Assembly (NCBI RefSeq): GCF_009914755.1
Contig: NC_060947.1
DNA: 64,000 nucleotides
Source: the human T2T-CHM13v2.0 reference genome, Homo sapiens
Reading direction: 5' to 3' (one strand)
Below the pieces are notes generated by a model. It searched no databases. It was not told the origin of the DNA and saw only the letters and a list, made by a program, of their open reading frames with translations. Both the position numbers and the translations under genes were made by a program. This document shows positions 31,329 through 42,877 of the stretch, in pieces. How positions within the stretch are numbered: the stretch's first letter is position 1; each line of letters begins with the position of its first letter.

Positions 31329-31863
31329 TGAAAGATTCAGATGTTACTCATATGTGAATCTCTCCCTATCTGCCCTGAAAATAAGACAGAATTCTCTGAA
31401 CACAGGGGTCTAAGTCACCTTTGTATCTCACTGTCTAGCACCCTACTGGCAAAGTTGACTCAAAAAAAACATTTGTTGATGAACTGAATGATCCACGTGT
31501 CTCAATATTTCTTTGTTAAAAACCTCCATTTTCTTTAGTCCTACTGATGAGAAGGGCCAAATTTGCTTATCAATGGTAGCTTCCATCTGAAGCTTGCCAA
31601 AAAGACTGGCTTTTTCTAAACTACGCCCAAATCAACGATGAAATACAGAAGTAAAACTTTGGCAATCAGTAGATTTTGCTGTCAAATGCTTATTCTCCTT
31701 TGAATGCAGAAAGTACTCATTACTTGCAAACCTTCCTAAGGGGACTCTGAAAGAACCTGCCAAGTAAATTTCCCCTACAATGGTCTTGGGTAGAGAGTGG
31801 CAGATGCTAGAACAGCAAACTGAATTAACCCATGTCTTTTTTCTCTTCAAGAATGCTATTCAG

Positions 31864-32073
31864 ACTAGCATGGGCAATACGGTGAGACCCCGTCTCTACA
31901 AAACCTTAAAAAATTAGCTGAGCATGGTGGCATGCACCTGTAGTCCCAGCTACTCGGAAGACTGAGATCACTTGACCCCAAGAGGTGGAGGTTGTAGTAA
32001 GCCTAGATCACACCACTGCACTCCAGCCTGGGGGACAGAGCAAGACCCTGTCTCAAAAAAAAAAAAAAAAAAA
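31864..32073 (+). mobile_element. 5'-truncated AluJ
   Basis: TSD AATGCTATTCAG on both sides. Confidence 0.85.
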
Positions 32074-32358
32074 ATGCTATTCAGCATCTAGAGAGTTCTA
32101 AGAGAAGCAAGCACTTTCTCAAAACCCAGAGGCAGTGTGGTAGGGCTAGGGGGCCTGGGGAGCTGCTGGAAGAAACAAGCAAGATGACAGATTACTACAC
32201 CCAATACCAGGTCTCATACATGTCCATTTCATACTGGTTTCATCCCAAACATGAAAATATACATAACCAAAGGTTAGATGCTTTAAGATTTTAATATATA
32301 TTCTTGTGCTCTGTGAATTATACCCAGGGATTCTGCCATGAGCAAGTGGTAGATCTGC

Positions 32359-33150
<792 letters not shown>

Positions 33151-33207
33151 CTGCACATCCCTTTTTACAGAGTCTAAAGCTGTGCTTTTCAATCTGTTGT
33201 CACTTAC

Positions 33208-34014
33208 TGATATGGTAGGAGGACAGGGAAGTGCTGGGAGGAGAAGGATGGGGTCCCTGGTGAGGGCTCCACCCCCAGGCCTGTGCCCACGGACCTAGGT
33301 GAGGACAGGAATTTCTGTTTTCATGCCCAAATGTTGCATTTCCCAAGACCACCCCGGGCCACCATGCCCCCATCCTGTGCCTATAAAAACCCTGGGACCC
33401 TAGTGGGCAGAGACACAAGCAGCTAGGAACACACCAGCAGAAGAGCACACAAGCGGCAGGACATCTAGAGAAGCAGAGGGGCAGAAAAACACACCAGCAG
33501 AAGAACACACTGACAGACTCTGGCAAGCCATGGACTGCAGAATGGTGGGATGACACGGAGTTCAGTGGAGGGTGGTCAAAGCAGCCTGACTCCAGGGGAA
33601 AACCACCTTCCCACTCCATCCCCCTTCTGGCTCCCCATCCATCTGCTGAGAGCTACTTCCGCCATTCAATAAGGCCCACGTGTGATCCGATTTTTCCAGT
33701 ACACTAAGGCAAGAACCCGGGATACAGAAAGCCTTCTGTCCTTGCAATAAGACAGAGGGTCTAATTGAGCTGATTAACACAAGCTGCCTGTGGACGGCAA
33801 AACTGAAAAAGCGCATTGTAACACACGCCCACTGGGGCTTCGGGAGTTGTAAACACTCAACCCTAGATGCTGCTGTGGGGTCAGAGCCCACGCTCTCCAC
33901 AACCTGCCCATCTGCATGCTTCCCCTAGGGGTACCACAAGCGGGGCACCGAAGAAGCAAGCCACAACCCCATGGCACACCCTGCAAGGGGGACAAGGGAA
34001 CTTTTCCCGTTTCA
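33208..34014 (+). mobile_element. ERV1 solo LTR, LTR1/LTR28/MER52 group
   Basis: TGATATGG...CAAGGGAACTTTTCCCGTTTCA, TATAAAAA box, TTAC TSD at 33204-33207 and 34015-34018; inserted in a MER33 (~33178-34612). Confidence 0.82.
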
Positions 34015-34225
34015 TTACCACATGTGGCTATTGAGCATTGAAATGTGGCTAGTCTGAAATTAGATATGCTACAGGTGTCATATTTACACCAAGGTTTGAA
34101 GACTTGATATGGGAAAAGGAATGTAACATATTCCATTAGTAAAATTTATATTGATTACATCTTGGAATCTATGTTTTAGATATATTGGGTTAAAATTACT
34201 CAATTACTAAAAGTAATTTCACCTC

Positions 34226-34521
34226 TTTTTTTTTTTTTTTTTTTTGAGACAGAGTCTCACTCCGTCTCCCAGACTGGAGTGCAGTAGTGTGATCTCAGCT
34301 CACTGCAACCTCCACCAGTTGAAGTGATTTTCTTGCCTCAGCCTTCCGAGTAGCTGGGACTACAGGTGCATGCCACCACACCTGGCTAGTTTTTGTATTT
34401 TAGTAGAGACAAAGTTTCATCCTGTTGGCCAGGCTGATCTTGAACTCCTGACCTTAAGTGATCTGCCCGCCTCATCCTCCCAAAGTGCTGGGATTACAGG
34501 CACGAGCCACTGTGCCCAACC
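34226..34521 (-). mobile_element. AluS inside MER33
   Basis: Dimeric Alu with small deletion. Confidence 0.85.
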
Positions 34522-35395
34522 CACCTGTTTCTTTTTACTTTTTAACACAGCTGCTAGAAAATTTCGAGTAATGCATGTGGGTGACTCACATTATATTTTT
34601 TGGATAGCATAGGTCTACAGAGCAGCTAGCGTAAAGAAGGAAAGAGAAAGGGGATCTTGGAGCTCTTCTAAAACCTGGGATGTCTCTGCCTGTTAATAAG
34701 AAGAGTGACAGCTTTCACAGTGACTCACAACTTTCAGGATGCTCTGATTCTGGGCAACGTTTTTTGAGAAGCTGGACACACTGGGCCTGAGGAGCATCTT
34801 TGGTAAGTGTCTGGGATGCTAGCTAATAATTGGTCTTGCCTGCATTTACAATACAATGATGCATCTACTCAATTCCTACTCCTCTCTCAGGACTTGGTTC
34901 AAGCATTGTATTAAGGCCTTCCCCAGCTGGATCATATCTTACAGGTCTTCTGTATTCTCTGCTGCATCATTCAGAGTCAAGCCCATCAATGTGTGTACAA
35001 TACCTGTGACAGTCTGAACTAATTATTAGCCTTTTCCCTGTACATTTTTCCTTAGTATCTCTCATAGTTATCTTTTTCACTAAATAGAGAAGTAGAATCT
35101 CACCTGAAATAAGAATGCCGCTTGAACAATATAGAAAAAAAAATCATTTTTGTGTGATATGTCTTTAGAAGAACCCAGAACAGTCTGGTAACATGACGTC
35201 CAGGGAAGGGAACAAAGTAGTTGAGGACAGAGGTTAAAGAGAGACTTTTCTGTGACCTTTTATTTTGGAACCTCATGTCATACATTCTTTTAAAACCTTT
35301 TTAAGAGACTATCTTCACTATATAGAAAAAAGGGTTTTAAAACTTGGATTCTACTGAAGCCTTGAAAAAGATTTTCTTGCATCACAGCCTTTAGA

Positions 35396-35565
35396 TCAGC
35401 AGTTGACCAACTTTCCCTGTAAAGGGTCAGATAGTAAAAGTTTTAGGCTTTGTGAATCTGTGTCAACTACTCTCCTTTTGTAGCATGAAAGCAGCCATAG
35501 ACATAAAGGAATGGGTGCGGCTGTGTTCCAATAAAACTTTATTTACAAAAATAGGCAGGCCTGAG
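35396..35565 (+). mobile_element. MER58A hAT DNA transposon
   Basis: CTGTAAAGGGTCAGATAGTAAA...GCTGTGTTCCAATAAAACTTTATTTACAAAAA. Confidence 0.82.
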
Positions 35566-35687
35566 CCTGTTAGGGGTAGGAGGTGGGGGAAGTCACATCT
35601 TTAAATAACGCCTCCTTTGTATGATACAGAATTTGTAATCATGCTCTTTACTTTTTCATTCTTAAACAGGTTAAAATAAATCTTTTA

Positions 35688-36155
<468 letters not shown>

Positions 36156-36899
36156 TCAGAAAAGCAAAGATGTTTCAAAAGCCACAAAAGAAAAATCTCA
36201 TCCTATCAGAAATGTTGGTATGAATCAATGCTGGCAACAAAGAAGTCACATTCTGGGTTGAAAATTACTTTTGCATCTTCTTACCTCTGAAGACACTGAA
36301 ACAATTGTGCAAATCAACTCAGAAATTGCTATTCCAGAAATGTAGATCATATAAATTATCCAAATATCAATCTCTTACCATTAAATTCTCTACAGAAGTG
36401 ATTATCATGACAAGTAGTCTCATCATCCTGGTCTGTGGCATGTGATGAGGTTTCTCTAGTTCAGAGAATCCCCTTGAGAGGATGATTCAGCCTGGAAAAC
36501 TTTAGTTTCCTGGGATGCTGGCTCCATCCTCCAGGTTCTAGGCTTTTATCTTACTCTATAGAATTCTCCCAGCATATTGACTAAAAGCATAGTCTCCCTC
36601 AGAGAAAACAAATCGAAACAATACATCTATCTTCAAAACAATTTCGTGTCGAAGAAAAAGATGAAAGTTTAAGACAACACTCAAGCTTAAAAATGAGCTC
36701 TATGATCAAATGGTATCAACTGGATTCCCCAGCTTTTCACTGTTATTTGTCTCAGAGGAAGCAGGTAATACAGACAAAGCCACAGGGATGGAAAGTGGGC
36801 CTCACTCAGGAGCAATGAAACTGAATGACGTCCATGGAATTTGCCATCATCTTTTAGTGATATTCAGGGACATCAGTCTCAAAGAACAGAAGCTATTTG

Positions 36900-37118
36900 T
36901 ATTGAGTACACATGAAAATAGATGGGAACAATAGACACTGGGGACCATTAGACTGGGGAGAGAGTGTGGGAGAAAGCACAGAAAAACTACCAATTGGGTA
37001 CTATGCTCACTGCCTGGGTGATGGGATCATTTGTACCCCAAACCTCAGCATCATGGAATATACCCAAGTAACAAACCTGCACATATACCCCCAAATCTAA
37101 AATAAAAGTTGAAATTAT
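36900..37118 (+). mobile_element. L1 3' UTR fragment (L1PA/PB)
   Basis: GGAACAATAGACACTGGGGAC...AAACTACCAATTGGGTACTATGCTCAC...AAAATAAAAGTTG. Confidence 0.85.
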
Positions 37119-37729
37119 TTTTTTAAAAAAGAAGCTGCTTGTGATGGGGCTCAGGACATACTACTCCAAAATATGTCACTTCAGCGTATCAAGTATTTGA
37201 AACTGAAGAAATCTGAGGAAACCACAATAGCAGGAAGGTCTCTCTGACCTTTCCCTGCCCTTCTCCTCTGACGGAGGTCATAAGACCCTAGGTGAGAGGT
37301 GCCGTCCCTACAGCTGGAGCAAAGGAGCATTCTTATCTCTGAAGACACAGGGACACAGAGAAGAATGTGAATGAACAAGCCTTGCTAAGTTCCCCCAGTT
37401 CACTACCCCAGATCATACTCTTTGCCCTATCATATTTCTCCATTAATCTTGTGACAGGAAAATAAATCTTGGTGCCCCAAAATCACTAAGCTAACGGGAA
37501 AAGTCAAGCTGGGAACTGCTTAGAGCCAACCTGCCTCCCGTTATATTCAAAGTCATCCCTCTGCTCATTGAGATAAATGCATATCTGATTGCCTCCTTTG
37601 GAAAGGTTAATCAGAAACTTAAAAGAATGCAACCATTTGTTTCTCACCTACCTGTGACCTGGAAGCCTCCTCTCCATCTCCAGTTGTCCTGCCTTTCCAG
37701 ATGGAACCAATGTTCATTTTACATATGTT

Positions 37730-39174
37730 TGAGAGGTGACAGCGAGCTGGCAGTCCTCAGAGCCCTCGCTCCCTCTCCGCGCCTCCTCTGCCTGGGCTCC
37801 CACTTTGGCGGCACTTGAGGAGCCCTTCAGCCCACCGCTGCACTGTGGGAGCCCCTTTCTGGGCTGGCCAAGGCCGGAGCCGGCTCCCTTAGCTTACAGG
37901 GAGGTGTGGAGGGAGAGGCGCGAGCGGGAACCGGGGCTGCGTGCGGCGTTTGCGGGCCAGCTGGAGTTCCGGGTGGGCGTGGGCTTGGCGGCCCGGCAGT
38001 CGGAGCAGCTGGCCGGCCCTGCGGGCCCCGGGCAATGAGGGGCTTAGCACCCGGGCCAGCGGCTGCGGAGGGTGCGCTGGGTCCCCCAGCAGTGCCGGCC
38101 CACCAGCGCTGTGCTGGATTTCTCGCCAGGCCTTAGCTGCCTTCCCGTGGGGCAGGGCTCGGGACCTGCAGCCCGCCATGCCTGAGCCTCCCCCCGCTCC
38201 GTGGGCTCCTGTGCGGCCCGAGCCTCCCTGACGAGCGCCGCCCCCTGCTCCACGGCACCCAGTCCCATCGACAACCCAAGGGCTGAGGAGTGCGGGCACA
38301 CGGTGCGGGACTGGCAGGCAGCTCCACCTGCAGCCCCAGTGCGGGATCCACTGGGTGAAGCCAGCTGGGCTCCTGAATCTGGTGGGGACGTGCAGAACCT
38401 TTATGTCTAGCTAAGGGATTGTAAATGCACCAATCAGCACCCTGTGTCTAGCTCAGGGTTTGTGAATGCACCAATCCACACTCTGTATCTAGCTACTCTG
38501 GTGGGGCCTTGGAGAACCTTTATGTCTAGCTCAGGGATTGTAAATACACCAATCACACTCTGTATCTAGCTCAAGGTTTGTAAACACACCAATCAGCACC
38601 CTGTGTCTAGCTCAGGGTTTGTGAATGCACCAATCCACACTCTGTATCTAGCTACTCTGGTGGGGCCTTGGAGAACCTTTGTGTCCACACTCTGTATCTA
38701 GCTAATCTGGTGGGGACGTGGAGAACCTTTGTGTCTAGCTCAGGGATTGTAAACGCACCAATCAGCGCCCTGTCAAAACAGACCACTCTGCTCTACCAAT
38801 CAGCAGGATGTGGGTGGGGGCCAGATAAGCGAATAAAAGCAGGCTGCCCGAGCCAGCAGTGGCAACCCGTTGGGGTCCCCTTCCCCAATGTGGAAGCTTT
38901 GTTCTTTCGCTCTTTGCAATAAATCCTTCTGCTGCTCACTCTTTGGGCCCACACTGCCTTTATGAGCTGTAACACTCACCGCGAAGTTCTGCAGCTTCAC
39001 TCCTGAGCCAGCAAGACCACGAACCCACCAGAAGGAAGAAACTCCGAACACATCCGAACTTCAGAAGGAACAAACTCCAGACGCGCCACCTTAAGAGCTG
39101 TAACACTCAACGCGAGGGTCCGTGGCTTCATTCTTGAAGTCAGTGAGACCAAGAGCCCACCAATTCCAGACACA
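37730..39174 (+). mobile_element. LTR12C (ERV9) solo LTR inserted in the MER4A 5' LTR
   Basis: TGAGAGGTGACAGCG...CCAATTCCAGACACA; CpG-rich U3; tandem TCTAGCT/CCAAT repeats; TGTT TSD at 37726-37729 and 39175-39178. Confidence 0.96.
38395..38845 (+). promoter_or_regulatory. LTR12C enhancer/promoter repeats with seven CCAAT (NF-Y) boxes
   Basis: CCAAT at 38430, 38471, 38549, 38589, 38630, 38758, 38796; GC-box-like GGGTGGGGG, AGATAA and AATAAAA TATA-like element at ~38811-38838. Confidence 0.75.
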
Positions 39175-39350
39175 TGTTGACTGATGTCTCATGTCTCCCT
39201 AAAATGTATAAAACCAAGCTGTGCCCCTACCACCTTAGGCACATGTTGTCAGGACCTCCTGAGGCTGTCATGGGCACATGTCCTCAACCTTGGCAAGATA
39301 AACTTTCTAAATTAACTGAGACTTGTCTCAGACTTTGGGGGTTCATATTT

Positions 39351-39369
39351 TGGCAACCACGAAGGGATT
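39351..39369 (+). other. Retroviral primer-binding site (tRNA-Arg-like)
   Basis: TGGCAACCACGAAGGGATT immediately 3' of the 5' LTR; recalled as complementary to a tRNA-Arg(TCG) 3' end. Confidence 0.75.
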
Positions 39370-42300
39370 ATATGTGGAGATGCCCCTGACCTTAGGCAAA
39401 TCTCCTATCAGTGCTTGGTACCAGCCTGAGCTAACTTTATGGCTCAAACCAATAGGACAATTTGTTGAGGTCTGGAAGCACTCCCTCCAGAGAATCCCCA
39501 AAATTTGCTTGAGATCAAAAGTTTATTTTGCTATACAACTCCTTTTTTTTTTTTTTTTTTTTTTTTTTTTGGAGTTTTCCTTGCTTCCAACAAGGAAGGT
39601 AGGATTTCCTGTTTCCATGACAATGGAAGGCAGGTAACTGCCTTATAAAGTTTGAGCTCACTCCCAGCAAGGAAGATGAGTTTGAGGGTTTTTTTCCTGC
39701 TTCTAGGATGGTAGAAAGCAGTCTTCAGCCTGAGACCCATTCCTAGGTAAGTAGCTGAATTGGGGTTTTGTCTTGGTTAAAGTTTAACTACCAGCTGGTC
39801 TTAATTTCTCTTTACCGTTAGAGCGCTCGGTGATCATGTTGGGGGTTTTTTGTTATTGTTGTTTATTCCGGTCTTTCTCCCATCAGATTTGACCAACTCT
39901 ACCTGACTTGGTCCGATCTGAGTGAGAATTCCAAATTATGGGTAACAAAGCCTCTCTAATTTGGCCCAAATTCCTTGCAGCTGCAAAAGAGGGAAAAAAG
40001 AAAACAACAACAACAAAAACAAAAAACAATGCCCTTGGTTTCTGTGTTTGCTTCCTGTCTTAAAAAAAAAAAGTTCTTTCATTTACTTTTCTTTCACCCT
40101 ACACCTCCTTCCCTTCTAGAGGAGGCTTCTAATGACTTGAACTCCTTTAAAGAATTCAGAACAAAGGTGCCACTTACCTCTTTGTAGGGGGTGTTCTGTT
40201 TTCTTTGTGGAGTTTCAAGAGTCATGGACAGATTCTTCTTAGGATGAAAGCTCTGTTTTCCTGTATTGCCTGACCTGACCTCTTTGGCTTTGGAGGTACC
40301 AGAGATTACCATGTACTGTGAGAAGATTTGACCTTGGTGTGTGTAATGGCGGACAAGAGCTACAAAGTAGGGGTGGCTGAGCACAGTTTACAGGAAATGG
40401 TCTTGGCGGCTGCTGTTGTTTTTTCTCTCCTAGGAACTTGTTAAGGATCTTAATTCTAGTTCAGGCATGCATTCTAAGGGGTCTTCTCTATTGCTTTTTC
40501 TCCCAAAATTAATCTCAATTCAGCTTGTCTGTGCTCATTTGCGTGAGGAACTGAGCTATTGTTTTCATAGATAAATGAGAGACTGAGTTTTCTCAGCTCC
40601 AAAAAGAAAGGGCATTTGCTCCTCCCAGCCAAAAGGTGCCCCAGGTGACCAGGGGCTTCATGGGAGTGTCTGGGGGGTTAACCCCAGTGGCAGTAGCCCC
40701 ACAGGGAAATCCCCAATAAAAATTAATTTTTTAAAAAGGCTCATCCAGGAAACACACATAAGAGTTGATCACCAGGCATTTTGAGCCCTCTCCAAGGTCA
40801 CAGACCTCTGGAGAGAGAAGCTGAGACATGTAAGAGGGTGGAAGCAACTCAGTGGTGACACACTGTGGAGTCCTGCCCACAAGCAGCACGCATTGATCCA
40901 CCACACAAAACCCCTAGGCCACAGCTCAGTTCTTCCTTTTAAGAAAAAAAAATGTGGGAGACAATCTAAAACTGAGGAGAAAACAAAGAGAATGACCCCC
41001 TTTCGAGCACTCCTTAGGTTTTATGGCACCTCTACTTGGCAGAGTTTATGTAAAATAGAAGTAATATGGTTTTTGTGCTCATTTACATTAAGGAAAAAGA
41101 GCCCTAAGGTTGACCTGCAAACTATAGAGTTCCTAAGTTCTCTTTTTCTCTATTTTTCTTTTCTGCCTACTTTAAATCTGCTGTTATTTTTCTATTAAGT
41201 GAAAACCACTGTTTGGATCAAACAGGTTTTTTTTGCAAGCCTGTGAATTTGTATTTATCTCATGGCTAAAGTTCTCATGGTTAAAGTTCTGAAGTAAAAG
41301 CTAGAGGATCTTTGTGTGTGTGTGTGTTTGTGTATATTTGAAAGGCCTTTATAATTTCTATAATTTTATGTTTAATTGGCAATTAAATCCATTTTAATTT
41401 CCCTCTAGCACACCAGACTTTTTCTCTCCGTACCTTAGGATGTAAATTTTGCTTTTTGATTTTCACCTGAGTTGTTTCCTTTCATATGCAAATTTAAAGC
41501 TATTTAGCTGACAACTGCCTAGGGTAATAAAACAGGTTATCAAGAATTTGAAAGTCCTAAGATGGGGGAAAAAAAGGTTTTTATGAATCTGTAACATCTA
41601 TCAGCATACCTAATACGTCCACGTATTCGTGTTGCATACACAGTGTTTACTGAAGATATATAAAAGAGCTCTAATTAATTGGCTTAAAAAATAAAGCGCT
41701 TGAATCAAATGCTTTATAAGGAAAAAAGAAAACACTAGTCAAATGCTTTTTCAAGTTTATGTAACTTAAGTAAAATCTTTAATAAATAAGCTAGCTTTAA
41801 AATTATTGCTAAAGTAATATTAGAAGTGTCTTAAGAATTGCCAGCATACATTTTCGTTTGCATTTATTAATCAAGCAATTTCATACTTATCCCTGCCAAA
41901 TACTATAAGTTATCAAAATTTGGCATAAGGGCTACAAAACTATAAAGCCAGCCCAAAACAGAATAATTTTTGCTTGTGTAAACTTTAATAAATAAGACAT
42001 TGATATTGGTTTAAATAAAAATAGCTACATCTTAGATCTAGTAAGATTACCATGACTTCTAATTGTGTGGCTTTAGGCAGTCTAGTCCACAGGCAAGTAA
42101 GGTTTGTTTTGGGAAGGGACTGTTATTGTCTTTGTTTCAAAGCTAAACTATAAACTGAGTTCCTCCCTAAGTTAGTTCGGCCTATGCCCAGGAATAAACA
42201 AGGACAGCTTGGAGGTTAGAAGCAATAAAGTTCAACTTTTATTGCATCTCACCATTTTCTGTTTTCTCTCCCCTTTTAAAAGGTGCGAAACAGTAAAGCT

Positions 42301-42511
42301 CTCCTTCGACTCATTTTCAGCTCATAAAAGTTTTTTTTTCCTTAAGTTCTGTTTGTTGTGGACTAATGCTAACAATGTTTTCTTAAAGGTCTAAAGGAAA
42401 TGTTTTCTTCCAACATAATATTCTGTGCAGTGCAGACCTTTTCTTTTGCCTTTTGGTAACTGGCCTAACAGACTTTACATTTTATTGAAACAATTCCTAT
42501 GCCATTATTAT

Positions 42512-42877
42512 TGTCATACGCGTCCGTGTGAAGAGACCACCAAACAGGCTTTGTGTGAACAATAAAGCTTTTTAATCACCTGGGTGCAGACGGGCTGAGT
42601 CCGAAAGGAGTCAGCGAAGGGAGATAGGGGTGGGGCCGTTTTATAGGATTTGGGTAGGTAGTGGAAAATTACAGTCAAAGGGGGTTGCTCTCTGGCGGGC
42701 AGGGGCAGGGGTCACAAGGTGCTCAGTGGGGGAGCTTCTGAGCCAGGAGAAGGAATTTCACAAGGTAATGTCATCAGTTAAGGCAGGAATCGGCCATTTT
42801 CACTTCTTTTGTGATTTCTTCAGTTACTTCAGGCCATCTGGATGTATACGTGCAGGCTTGGGCTCAGAGACCTGACA
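42512..42877 (-). mobile_element. LTR7 (HERV-H) solo LTR, antisense inside MER4-int
   Basis: TGTCATACGCGTCCGTGTGAAGAGACCACCAAACAGGCTTTGTGTG...GGCTCAGAGACCTGACA; TSD ATTAT/ATTAA. Confidence 0.93.

Noticed and set aside
37736-38410. Overlapping GC-rich ORFs and CpG island as a gene promoter or first coding exon
   Set aside because: Entirely within the LTR12C U3; ORFs result from stop-codon scarcity in GC-rich DNA
38395-38770. Regularly spaced repeats as a CRISPR-like array
   Set aside because: These are the known LTR12 tandem enhancer repeats; no unique spacers and the DNA is eukaryotic
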